Assembly: GCF_036321535.1 (NCBI RefSeq)
Contig: NC_087437.1
Coordinates: 95,234,001 to 95,298,000, forward strand
DNA length: 64,000 nt
DNA from: Camelus dromedarius
Taxonomy: Eukaryota
Reading direction: 5' to 3'
The translations under genes were made by a program, and so were the position numbers. Below, in pieces: positions 52,501-64,000 of the stretch (its first letter is position 1; each line of letters begins with the position of its first letter). The notes beneath the pieces were generated by a model, which saw only the letters and a list, made by a program, of their open reading frames with translations, was not told where the DNA came from and did not search any database.

Positions 52501-53239
52501 CAGTAATGAATGGTTAGGTTTGAGGATTAAATGAAATGATATAAAACCCCCCAAATCCACAAAAAACAAAATGTATAGAACACACGAACAACATAATTGG
52601 TAGCAATGCTGTCATCATCATTGGTGCCTTTTAACACTGTCCCTCACTCAGTGATCATGGAAAAATAAGACAGTATTTTGGATTCAGTCACTTTACAAAT
52701 ATGTCTAAAGGTTTTATAATGCGCAGTTAAATTATAGTGATTATATACATAGCAGTTTGAAATATCTCTAAAATAGCTCTCAATCAAATGCATGTTTGGA
52801 AGTATAGTTTTTACTTTCAGTACTTTTGTCTGTATGTCTGTGTAATTCATCTAATAAAAGAAGCATCATCCCAACTTGTCATGTAAATAAAAGGAGGGTT
52901 CAAGTATGTTCATTAGCTCATGGATGAGAAAATGTAAGCAATAGGCAGAGAAGAAATGTGAGTGAGGGGGCAAGCCAAACGCCAACAGTGAGGACGCTAC
53001 GCGGCAAAATGCACTTGCTCACTGGCCTATGAAGAATATCAAATTATCCCTGTTGTGTGCTTACAGCCAGATATCATTATTAAATCGCATATGTCTGTAA
53101 GTAGATACAGATTGTCCAAGATGTATTGAGATAGCTATTAGCAGTAGTTTACTGTAATAAATGTCTCTTCTGCTGAAGTTCAGAGATAAGGACTGTGTAT
53201 GTCACAAGCGAGTGTAATGATTTAATCTTGCTCCCGCAG

Positions 53240-53397
53240 TACTACGAGATGACTTCAGACAAAATCCTTCCGATGTCATGGTGGCCGTGGGGGAGCCGGC
53301 GGTGATGGAATGCCAGCCTCCGCGAGGCCATCCTGAGCCCACCATTTCGTGGAAGAAAGATGGCTCTTCACTGGATGATAAAGATGAAAGAATAACT
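53240..53397 (+). CDS. ROBO1: Internal coding exon of roundabout guidance receptor 1 (N-terminal half of Ig-like domain 2)
   Basis: Bounded by tcttgctcccgcag| and |gtgagt. With phase-1 entry it reads (I)[52 protein letters not shown], matching recalled human ROBO1 Ig2 except S for P in KDGSPLDD. Ig Cys and W-x-K-D-G motif present; phase-0 exit. Confidence 0.97.
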
Positions 53398-54799
53398 GTG
53401 AGTATTTAATTCAGCAGTGGGGACCATTTATAAATCTAACTGTGTACATCTTCACCAAAGAAAAAGAGAAAAGTGAGTCGGTGCTTTTAAAGACAGGGTT
53501 GCATTATCTCCCATTTTTCACATCTTCTTTGAAAATAAATACATTTCAATTCTCCCTGTGTTGACATATACCTAAGTGAGGAAGGTGCATGTTGTTTAGT
53601 TTACAATTTAGTAAGAGAAAACTATAATTTCTATATTGATGTCTTAGAGTTAACACATCTATGCTTGACATAATTATTCTTATCACTCTGGGCTTATCAC
53701 ACTTCCAGGTGTGACAGCAAAAAAATTATAAATAAAATTCAGTAACAGAGTATATTTCCAGAAGACTGTCTAAATCACTTCAGAATTTTTCTCTGTCCTT
53801 TTGAAATTGCTTATCTGTTCTACAAGAGTTCAAAATTTCTGAAAAATCAAATCTCATTCTGAATGATGGTTAATGAGGGATTCACCTCATTCCAAAATAA
53901 AATAGTGTGATGAGATTATTGGATTTCAGAGCCCTGAAAGTAGAGAAGTGCACGATCTGTAGTAAGAAATGATATGTTTTCTTCTTGGCAGCAGCGATTC
54001 TGAGACCTCTTTGCCTTTTCTGTCTCGTGCAGCGTTTACTGAAGTACCTGAATAACCGAGCTCTCATTGGTTCTGTGATTGTACAACACCCCCCTTTACT
54101 GTTTTCTTTGTTCTGCACATACTCTCTATCTACTGTGAATTTATTGGCCAAGATTTAAAGTTTCTCAGGAGAATATGTAAGGAAAAGGTCACTGCTAAAG
54201 TTGCAGAAGAACAAAGTTATAACACAGACCACATAATCCTAATAAATGCTTGTTTGTTTCTGAAAAACCAGTCATCAGATTAGCATGAAAATTAAATAGT
54301 GAAGAAAAAAAAAGAGAAGGGTGTGGTGGACAAGGTTTTAGAGACCTTGAAAGAAAATCAAACATTTTTCCTGCACTGATCTGAATTAGAATGAGACTCT
54401 CAAAGAATTTTTTTTTAATTCTAGAAATTGGGTTGAGAAGGACCTAGCTCTGCTTTAAAGAGATGCTGAAAAGCCACATAGCAAAGTGAACTAAATACGG
54501 AAACATTGATTTTTGGAAATAGTCAAGAGCACAGGGGAACAGACTCTAGGATCAAATGTTTCTCTTGTTAGTGATAACAGATTCCTTTTAGATTTATGCA
54601 CAATTAAGACGATAGTTTTTTCCCTTTAAAAACATATGTTAAGTCATTTGATGACCATTATCTGTAATTGCCATTTCCTTGCCCTAATAATTCAGACTCA
54701 TTGAAACCATTATTATCTACCTCCTCCCTCTTGTCTTTCCTGATAACCTATTTGTTTTTAATACATGATAAATTTTTAAATTAATGATATGTTTTTAAT

Positions 54800-56570
54800 T
54801 AATCATAAAATTCTCAGCATTGGAGGTGCAGCATTAAACAGAAAACAGTGAGTGCCCTTCTGGAGTTTATATTCTGCAATTAAGTATGCAGAGAAACCAA
54901 AATAGATAGTATAACACATAGTATGTTAGACTATAGTAAATCCTTTAAAAAAATAAAGTAATGAAGGAGTAGACAATTAATTAGAATTGGGGTAGAATTT
55001 CAAGTTTAAATAGAATGACCAGAAATGCTTCATGTAAAGACATGAAAAAATTGAGGGAGGGGACTAGATAGGTTACTTAGGTAAAGAATATTCTAGGGAG
55101 ACGAAACAGTAAGTTCAAGGACGCTAAAGCAGGGTCTCTCACACTGAAAATAAAGGCAGAATGGTCAGTGTGCGTTGAGCAGAGTGAGCAAAGGGGAGAT
55201 CTGTAGCGATAGCATCAGAGTGACCACTGGCCAGACTGTGTAGGACCTTATAGACCTTGTAAACTGTTTTTTCTTCTAAGCAAGGTGTAAAGCATCAGAG
55301 ACTTCTCAGCAGGATCCCCCACTCTCTGGAGTCCACAGTGAAGGGTGGTAATGGCAGATGTGGGGAGACCAATGGGAGCTTTTGCAGTTATCCAGGCAAA
55401 AGGGAAATGGTGGTTTGGACTCATCTCTTCAGAGGGAGATAGAGAGAAGAGGTTATATTCTGGATCTGCTGGGAAGCACTAGCCAACAGAATTTGATAAC
55501 AGATTGGGTGTGACTTGTGAAAAAAGAGGAGTGAAGGATTACCTTAATCAATTGGTCTGAGCAACTGAAAAGGTAGAGACACCATGAACAGTGATACCAT
55601 TAATTGTAGAAAGAGTAGATGTGGGGTGGAAAGTATCAGGAGCTCAGTTTTAGACACTGTAATTTTGAAATTCTTATTAGATATCCACGTATAAATGTCA
55701 AATAGGCAGTTGGAAACATGAGTCAGAAATTTAGAGTTGAGTTTGAGGCTGGAGAACAATTTGAGTTGTGGTAGCCATAACAAGTACTCATTACTGTGCA
55801 GGCCTGCCCTCCCTCTGGGCAGATGAAAGGCTGCTTCCCAGCTCACTTGCTACAGGGCAGACCCATTCAGGCTAGTTCAGCCTCATAAGCTATGGGTGAA
55901 AATTAAAGACATTAAATACTAGCGAGCGAGCCTCCAGTGCTCTCTGTCCCAAGGAAGACTCATGTTCCAGGTAGTGCGGCCACAACGCCGAGGACACCCG
56001 AAGAGCCTGGGTCCCTGAGTTACATGTTGCAGACCTTTCTACCCGACACCTCTGTCTTCCCATGGTGGACATGTAGAATGAATGAGAAATAGATCTTTTG
56101 TTATATTAAGGCATGGAGAATTTCTTACTGCAGGCTGACGTAGCCTATCCTGATGAATGTGGGGGTCATTGCATGTGCATATTATTTAAAACCAGGAGAC
56201 TGAAATCACCAAGAGGGTGATTATTCATAGAAAGGAAAAGAGGTCCAATGTTTAGCTCTCAGGGAGAAGAGGCAGAAAGAGCAGTGAAGACTGAAAAGGG
56301 AGCAGACAGTGAGAAAGGAGGAAAAGTCGAAGGGCAGCCAAGGGAGGACCGTTTTAAGGAGGTGGCAGTGACTAAGTCAGCTGCAGCTGGTAAATCAAGT
56401 AATGTCAGGATTGAGACTTGACCATTGGATTTGACAACTTGGTGGTCAGTCATTAATGACCTTGACAAGCAGTTTCAGTGGACTAGGAAGGTTAAAACTC
56501 ACTGAACTTGTTCGAGAGAAATCAGAAAGACTGAAATCAGACACATTGGAATTACATAGACAATTCTTTT
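54800..56570 (-). mobile_element. L2 (L2a-like) LINE split by an MLT1 LTR
   Basis: tgcccttctggagtttatattct...gcactagccaacagaatttg...ggtctgagcaactgaaaagg...ttgaccattggatttgacaac...cagtttcagtgga reverse L2 body. Confidence 0.8.
55795..56160 (+). mobile_element. ERVL-MaLR solo LTR (MLT1I/J-like)
   Basis: agcctgggtccctgagt...tggacatgtagaatgaatgagaaatagatcttttgttatattaag...cttactgcagg...tagcctatcctga MLT1 3' end. Confidence 0.75.
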
Positions 56571-59219
56571 TACATTGCATCTAATACAGTAGTTAAAAAA
56601 TAAAAGTGATTATAGTCTCACATTTTGAAAAGTCTCCATTAATCCTAAAGGTTTTGTTTTGTGTGTATGCGCATATGTGTCTCTGTGCATTTTTTTGTGA
56701 CATTAACAGTTTAAAACTGCTACGGTAAATTTGATTTTTAAAAAATTCTTCGAACTTCCTGTTATGTCATATGTTGAATTAGAAGAACTGTTATGGTTTA
56801 TACCAAAGTGTTTAATTTATTATAGGACTTCCATTTACCTTTTGCTGTCCAGAAGGTGCTGTCCTGTAAATAAAGGACCAATTCCCCTACACATTAGTAG
56901 TTTAGAGTCAATACAAGAACTACCTCTGATCAGGAATCAAACAATTTTAAGTTGCAGTAACCTACAACTATGAAATGCAGGATGTTAATGTATAAATAAT
57001 TTTAAAATCCTTTAAATTCTGCCAAAATGGTGATCCACAATAGTGTTCCATATGCTAACAAGTTGTAACATCTGAAACTTCTACTATTTCTAAGACCATC
57101 TGTGTGTTTTGTGTAAATTATGACTGTTAAACTGATAAAACACTAGAGGTAAAAAGCACATTTATACATGCAGGGAAATGAATAGATTAAAAATCAGCAG
57201 TTTGGGTTCAAAATTACTGTTCTTACTTAGATCATAATTGTTTTTCTTTGATTTTCTTCCTTTAGGCAAAACGAAAATGGAGTAATTAAAACAAACACTT
57301 AAAACAGAAACAGAATGCCTGATGTTACTTCTGGTTCCTTTTTTTTTTAATTGAAAGGAAATTCTTCAGAGATGTTGGTTATTAGATATTTTATGTGATT
57401 CTTCTTTCCTAAGCTTTGTTTTCAAATGATTGTTTTCATTTCTATTGTTAACATACTTTGCCAAATGTGTTGAGTACAGACGAGCAGGAGATTAAAGCAC
57501 ATAACATCTTTATGAAAGGCAAGTGAAGACTGCATGGTTATTGCTACATTTTCGGTTATAGGAATTCCTAGAGTTCTTTAATGTGGTAGTTTTCTTTGTT
57601 GAAAAGTTAAAGTACGACTCTCCCAGCTGTGAGAACAAAGCCACACCCTACAAAAAGGGAAAAATGTAATTGAATTGTAGCTGCACCTGTATTTTTTGAT
57701 GCTCTTAAGTCATTTCTTTTTGCATGGACCTGTGTCTGAGCCAAATTTTAGATCTATGATGATTATAAACCAGAAAAAGATAAACAGCATTTTCTTCTTT
57801 TCCTACCTGAGAGGAAATGCTCTTAGAACTCTTTGACACGTGTTTCTTAGGCCTTACATGATGTTTGTTGTCTCCAGGGTTCTTTCTTTCTTTTCTTTTT
57901 TCTAAACCTGAGTGTTTATATTTAGAATGAGAAATAGAAGTAGTTTAACTGGCGGGCTGGATTAAATAAATTTACTTCATGTGTCTGAGACTTAGTCATA
58001 ACCATCATTATTAATAAATGAAGTTTTCTCATAGAGATAGATCAGAGAACCAAAGATTTCTTTTTGATATAGACTGACATTCAGGTGTACTTTACAAAAA
58101 GTGATTTATTTTACTACATTTTGGAAATATTGTATTTAAATTCAAGATAATTTTTTAAGGGTGAAAAACTGTTAGAATGTTAAGATTGGAGAAATATTAA
58201 TATCAAATATTGGGAAAAAATTTGTGTTCAATCAAAAAGCTAAAATTGCCCTGGGATTAAGGAAAAAGATAAATACAGTTGAAAGTACATATCACAAGTA
58301 ATTTCCTAGATTACAAAAGAGCTTAATTATGTGTAAAGATTGTCAGTTATAGTATTATGTTGAACAGAAGCTAACAAGTAGACCCAAGAAAGCCCAAGAA
58401 AAATTTAAGTATGATTTTAGTTTTCTGAATAGAGTGAATCATATTTTGTAAAGAGAGAAGAGAAATTTACTGATGCCAAAACATTGTGAAGGGGTATTAA
58501 ACTTACTTAAAAATTTGCCATTTATTTTGTATTTGTTGACCTGACTACTTTTAATATTGTTACCTTAGTCAGAAAGTTAAGTGTATTATAAATCAGCCTA
58601 GTTTGGGGGGTCACACAATTACACAGTGCCTGAGGCATCAGCTTTCCATATCTTTTTATTGGTTCTCTATGAAATGAAGCTACCTTCTGGTGGTAGCTAC
58701 AGGAATTGCAGGCATAAAGACAAGGAAATGGGCCATCTCTCATAGAAGTTATCTTATAAATAAAACTTATTTAATTCATTTATGAGCATGGGAACAAATG
58801 TATTCGTAAGTTAAAATATTAATGTATCCAGTAGTACCTGGGTGGTAACTAATGAGACAAGATCAACTACATGTTTACTTCAACATATGATTAATTAAGA
58901 TAGCAAATTGATACCATTATTTTAACAAAAGGAAATGATAGCTGCATATATTTGCATATGAGATCTGATGATTTATGACTAGGAATTAAATCTTTTGATT
59001 TGGATTCAAAATTAATATTTATAGGAACAACAGTAAATTCTCAATACATGGAACATAGTAAATATGCAATAAATATTTATGGAAGGTTACAGCTCTTCTG
59101 CTTAAGTCTATCATGAAAACAAATTGAAAAAAATTTTTTTCAATCTGAAATTTTTCAAACAAATGTGTCAAGTTTTGGAAATGGTTATTGTAGGAACACC
59201 AACAATTTACTAATCTACC

Positions 59220-59520
59220 ATAGTAATAACAATAGCTACTGTGTATTGAGCACCTGCCATGTGCCAGATACTATATATTATCTCATTTAATCTCCTTTAA
59301 AACTCAGTGAATAAGTTATTTTCTTTCCATTATAGCACGCTTATACCTGTCCATTCAGTCTTCTGGAGAAGAGGAGGAGGAGGAGGAGGATAAGGATGAT
59401 AGTAAACACTTACTGTAGCACTTACTATGTGCCAGGCCCTATTCTAGACCCTTTACATATATTGACCCATTTTATCCTGACAACAGCCCTGTCACATAAA
59501 TACTAAAATGTCATTGACTC
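59220..59520 (-). mobile_element. Two tandem MIR 3' fragments
   Basis: tattgagcacctgccatgtgccagatac (~59245) and gcacttactatgtgccaggccctattctag...tttatcctgacaacagccct (~59420). Confidence 0.75.
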
Positions 59521-60880
59521 AGTGTTTAACTCCAAATTGGCTGTGGGGACATCTGCTTTTTGTTTACTGATAACATTTTCTATAGGTTCTATAGATTTTG
59601 CTGTGTATATAAGGACTCTGATTTGCTATCAATGCCAAATTTCATCTCAGAGTGGCAGAAACTCTTAGTTCCCACCGTGAAATACTGTCTTTAAGTTTGT
59701 GAGGGTCTGGAGAGATGAGTTTGCACAGTGGAGGTTACCATGGTCTTGAAACTAAGCTTGGTACATTTGAGAATCAGCCCATATTATGTCCAGTAATAAA
59801 AATTGTAACGTAGCAAAGGCCTATAAAATTTGAAGTTTAGTAGTTTCACAAAAGATGGCACAGAAATGGTCAAGTTTGACAAAAGGTTATTGTTCAACCA
59901 AAGGTTATAGTTCAGATAAACTAAAATTATTTATTCTGGACGCTAGAGGTCTAACCTCAAAAGATACTAGGAGATTATTGAAAGAAGATAATAAATGGCC
60001 GTTCACTATCTGGCATTTAGGGAAAGAAGGATTTATATTAAAAGAGAATGAATCAGAGAATGATTCAACTGAATGTACTTTATAGTTAACTGTCCAAATT
60101 GCAGATTAGCTAGGTTCTAATATCATCAGCTATACACATGTTAAAAGTCATTGCTGAAAAATTAAACAACTGTAAGAAATTATATAAACAAATAGGAAAT
60201 TAAGTGAAAGAAAATACTGATGTAGTATTTTGCAATTTTGTATAAATAGAACAAAATATTGTAAAAACTAACATAGTAACAATACAGTGTAAATGGTAAG
60301 ATCTGTCTGGACTCAATTCCAAAATTCCAGAGGAAGTTTCTTCAAATAATCTTTGACTGTCATTTATCCTGAATTATTTCATTTTAGTATTTAAAAGAAG
60401 AATTTAAAAGACATTCATCTTTTCATGTTTGAAATTCTTAGCTTTTAAGCTAAAATTTAGGGATGAATAATACATGCTTTTTCCATCCTCTTTGAATGTG
60501 GCTTTGTGACATAAACATTTTTGAGTGACTTGTATTATTCTTTGAAATAAGCTATGCCTTGAATTTTTTATTCTTTTTCCTATCTGTCCTCAGTGCAACA
60601 TGCTACAGATATTCTGTGTCTTACAGGGTTTTTTGTTACTTAATTGAAAAAATAATTCGGATTATGAGGAAATACTTTTTATTAAAAGTTATTTATTTTC
60701 ATCAAAGCCTTACTCCAGCCAGAAACCATTTTATTGTCAATTTCATATGCTTATCACATAACTGTATTAAGAGTTAATTCATTCCCTTTGAAAATGTGTG
60801 AAAAATTTCACAGCATTTATGTGTTTTAACATGATGAGCACAGGGTGTTTAGTATCCTTTTCTTAAGGTTTTTACTTAGA

Positions 60881-61002
60881 TGGGATAATCAACCATCTTG
60901 GTTTGCAGGAGACTGTCCTGGTGTTAGCACTGAAAATCTATAGTCGCAGGGGAAAAAAAAAAACTCTCACTGCTGGGAAAACTGGTATAGCTGGTCACCC
61001 TA
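60881..61002 (+). mobile_element. hAT-Blackjack MITE, MER81-like
   Basis: ggtttgcaggagactgtcctggtgttagcactgaaa...ctggtcacccta matches recalled MER81. Confidence 0.78.
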
Positions 61003-62959
61003 AGACTAGCTAGTTTAAAGGAATTGATTTATATATAAATAAGAAATCACATTCATACAAGGTCAAGTAAAATATAGTTTAAAGAGAAAAGTTGTATGTA
61101 TATTATTCCTTTCATAAGCAAATCAAAGATCTAAAAATCATTAATAAAGTTAGGAGAAGAATTAAGTTATACATAAAAAATTATTTAACACTTCCCATTC
61201 CCCATGCTGAGAGGTATGATCGTCTGAATGCAATATGTCATCGTTCTTTTTCCAATCCTTTTCTGCTTCCTCTGTGTCTTTGTAGGTTTCTTTGATTTCC
61301 CTTGTTGGTGTGATATTTTGGTAAAAAGCAGCTGACTCACATCCCATCCAAATCCCCAGTGTCCTCCAGATCCTTCATAAATTTGGCATTCAGCCCTCTC
61401 CTTGCCAATTGCTTCCTTTCCCCCCAATTCCCACATGTCTCCTTCCTCAGCCATCTGCTCCTCCTCCCTTCCTTCGATCGGTGCTTTCCTCTGGTCTTCC
61501 AGCTTCTTTCATTGTTCACTGTCTGTTGCTTCCTTTTCCCCTTTGCTCCCCTGCAGGAAATCAGCATGCTTAATGAAGCTGATGTCATAGGGCCCCTTTT
61601 CCCTGAGAAGTTAAGTTTGTGTTCCTGCAAAATGAATATGTAGTTCAGTTGTGTGGAAGTCAGAGGAAACTGGCGTATTGAATGAGAACTTTTTTCCCTG
61701 TCCATCTTACATAAAGTCTTCCACATTGTATATTTTAGCTTTTTTAAAGAATAAAAATTATATTCATGATTTAAATATAAGTTAATCAAAATATACATCT
61801 ATAATATGAATCATGGGACTGAAGAAGTGAGTTAAAAAGTAAATTTATGCCCTATTACACTTACTTTTCAAATCTATTAATTGAAACACAGTGGGCTAGT
61901 AAAATTAAAGATAGTTTTTATACATTATAAGATCACGTTATAACTTCAGGTTTTAAGACTTACTAAATGCATGAATTTATGGGCATTTATCTCTACAGAT
62001 TTCATTGTTTCCATCAGAGAAATGAATTGCCTCATAATACCTGTATCGGTTTACAGTGTCTTGAGAACTCAATGAGAAAATACAGGTTAGATGCTGTTTT
62101 AAATGGTGACGTCTCTATCATGTTAGTAATCGGTATTCTGGTTATTATTGTTGCCGGTATACCTGCCTAAAATGGAAACCTTGATGGAAAAGGAAAATGG
62201 GAAACTGTGTGACCGCAGTTTCAGCTTTTCTGAATAAACAAGACCACATATGTATATTACAATAGAGTCAGCATTTTTTGGCTCATCTAAATTTCTATTT
62301 ACATATGATTCACAACTGTAAGAAAATCAATTTCTACAGAATCACTACGATTATTTCCTGTAGGTGACTATTATGAGTAAGTAAAGTTTTTAGACTAATA
62401 CTGATATTAAGAAACTAATTTGAATCCTGCACACACCCTTATTGTGAAATGCAGTCATCAACTGGGGATTCCACAGGAGAATTAAGCCCTGATGCCCTGC
62501 GGCATCCACGATGTGTAATACGGTGACTTTCCCCGTGTGCATCTAGAACAGTTCTAGTTACAGAGAGTTCTTAGGGGAACTGGGAAATGCTGTGATTCAG
62601 ATGAGGTATGCCAGTTGAGAGAGGCTGTTTCATCTTCCTAAGGAACATCCTGAACTTTTCCCAAAACTCATAAGTCTATTTAAATAATTACACATGCTCA
62701 GCATGTTTGGGTGCTGAAACTAGGAAAAAGAAAGCCAGGCATTTCAGACCTACCTGCGAAGTCCAAGTACTCTTGTGAGAGGATTGCAATAAACTAAGGG
62801 CTTCTCAATTCTAGTGCACAGATTAGTTTAGATGATAACATTCATCATAAACATAATTCTAGTGAGTATTTATTTGGGTGTTGCTCTAGCTTTCCATTAC
62901 ATGTGTGTTAGATGTGCATTTAAAAGCTTGGGTACCAGGAGTTTGCAGTACCAAACTAT

Positions 62960-63310
62960 GAGAGTCTTTGCTTATTCTGTTCCCTCTGCCTGGAATGTTT
63001 TGACACCTACACCCTCTTGGTTTGACTCACTCATTTTTAAGTTTCACCTTAAAGGCAACTTCTTCTGAGGAGCCTTCTGCAAAACCCTACTCTACACTTC
63101 CACGCTAGGTTTATCTTCCTGTTGTCTATTCCCTTTCCTTTTGCTAAGTGTCTCTCTTTTAATCTGTTGCAAATCATTAGTTATATATTACTCATCTAAT
63201 ATGCATAATGTCTTATGTATATTACATAAGGGCCAGCTGTATTCCCTGTGTCTGTCTAATGGTTGGAGCTCACTACATATTTCTTGGGGAAATATTAAAT
63301 GAATGAAATA
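62960..63310 (+). mobile_element. L2 3' portion
   Basis: gtctttgcttattctgttccctctgcctggaatg...aatattaaatgaatgaa. Confidence 0.65.
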
Positions 63311-63621
63311 TAAATCAGAATAATGTCTTCCAGCATACCTAGCACTGAAAAGTTGCTGTTTTGAACATACCTGATATTATTTCCATATGCACTTATATAT
63401 TCATTTTCTTATTCCCCTATAAATTGAGAAGGAGGTATCATCCACACCATTTTCCTAAAGTATGTATTTTCGTTGGCTTAACAGTAAGAGAAGGAGGAGC
63501 TATTACCCAGGTTAATTATGTGAGTAAATATAGTTCTCTAAGTGTGACTTACAGGTATTCACAGAATCTTAGAGATGGAGCTGATTTGAGAGATTGTAAA
63601 TGGGCAAGCCCTTTCACTTTT

Positions 63622-63728
63622 TGTTTTAATTGAAGTACAGTCAGTTACAATGTGTCCATTTCTGGCACATAGAAATGCCCAGTCATGCATATATATATAC
63701 ATATATTCGTTTTTATATTCTTTTTCAT
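63622..63728 (-). mobile_element. Short L1 3' terminal insertion with TSD
   Basis: ttttaattgaagtacagtcagttacaatgtgtc...cccagtcatgcatatata...; TSD gccctttcactttt (63608-63621) / gccccttcactttt (63729-63742), followed by AA (TTTT/AA endonuclease site). Confidence 0.9.
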
Positions 63729-64000
63729 GCCCCTTCACTTTTAAGAAGAAAAGGGAAGGCAGGGGAGTTGATTTTCCCTGAGTCATCTACTGGATCTGTG
63801 TTGTGAGTCAGAAGTAAGACCCAGACCACTCAATGCCTGGTCTGATTTTTCCCATGACAATCTAATCAAATCTTCTCAACACTTAAATTTGATTAAGATG
63901 TTTCCTAACAAAAAATCCATAAGTAAAAGTGTTTTGCTCAATACATTTCATGCAATTTTGCTACTTGTTTCGAGTCCTAAATTCTATTTCTTATCTTAGT

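Larger units (their letters stand above)
1..53239 (+). other. ROBO1: 3' part of the long ROBO1 intron between the Ig1 and Ig2 exons
   Basis: No Ig1-coding exon recognised upstream in the window; ends in a pyrimidine tract and CAG at 53237-53239. Confidence 0.85.
53398..64000 (+). other. ROBO1: 5' part of the next ROBO1 intron
   Basis: Starts GTGAGT; the expected next exon (IRGGKLMIT...) was not seen in the remaining 10.6 kb. Confidence 0.85.

Noticed and set aside
52789..53591. TGCATG (RBFOX) motifs flanking the exon at 52789 and 53586
   Set aside because: Isolated hexamers that also occur elsewhere in the window; the 158-nt exon cannot be skipped in frame.
62350..62382. ttatttcctgtag|GTGACTATTATGA|gtaagt mini-exon or AG|GT motif
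   Set aside because: Short tract, weak regenerated donor, 13 nt not frame-preserving; compatible with chance.
53398..64000. Known NOVA-regulated ROBO1 microexon (exon 6b)
   Set aside because: It lies in the Ig3-Ig4 linker, several exons downstream and outside this window.
1..64000. CRISPR arrays, operons, rRNA/snRNA genes, processed pseudogenes, L1 strand bias
   Set aside because: None recognised; mammalian intronic DNA. L1 orientation (4 sense, 3 antisense) is too small a sample to interpret.

Overview
AT-rich, CpG-depleted eutherian genomic DNA, almost entirely intronic. The only confident coding sequence is one 158-bp plus-strand exon (53240-53397) encoding the N-terminal half of Ig domain 2 of the Slit receptor ROBO1. 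The window therefore covers the last ~53 kb of the long intron between the Ig1 and Ig2 exons and the first ~10.6 kb of the next intron. The rest is ancient repeats (MIR, L2, hAT/Tigger MITEs, MaLR/ERVL and ERV1 solo LTRs), short L1 3' ends (several with target-site duplications), microsatellites, and one tRNA-derived SINE that points to a camelid genome. The supplied ORFs appear to be chance or repeat-derived. I found no prokaryotic-type system and no demonstrably new gene. The best leads are unvalidated splicing signals in the ROBO1 introns: a 9-nt frame-preserving microexon candidate that would add an N-glycosylation sequon at the Ig1-Ig2 hinge, a 15/23-nt microexon candidate, a MIR-derived recursive-splice-site motif, and an in-frame alternative terminal exon candidate. 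Other leads are a Pro-to-Ser change and a GC3/CpG patch in the exon, and several enhancer-like motif clusters. Repeat family names and the human ROBO1 comparison come from my recollection of consensus sequences, not from a database search; boundaries of old repeats are approximate.
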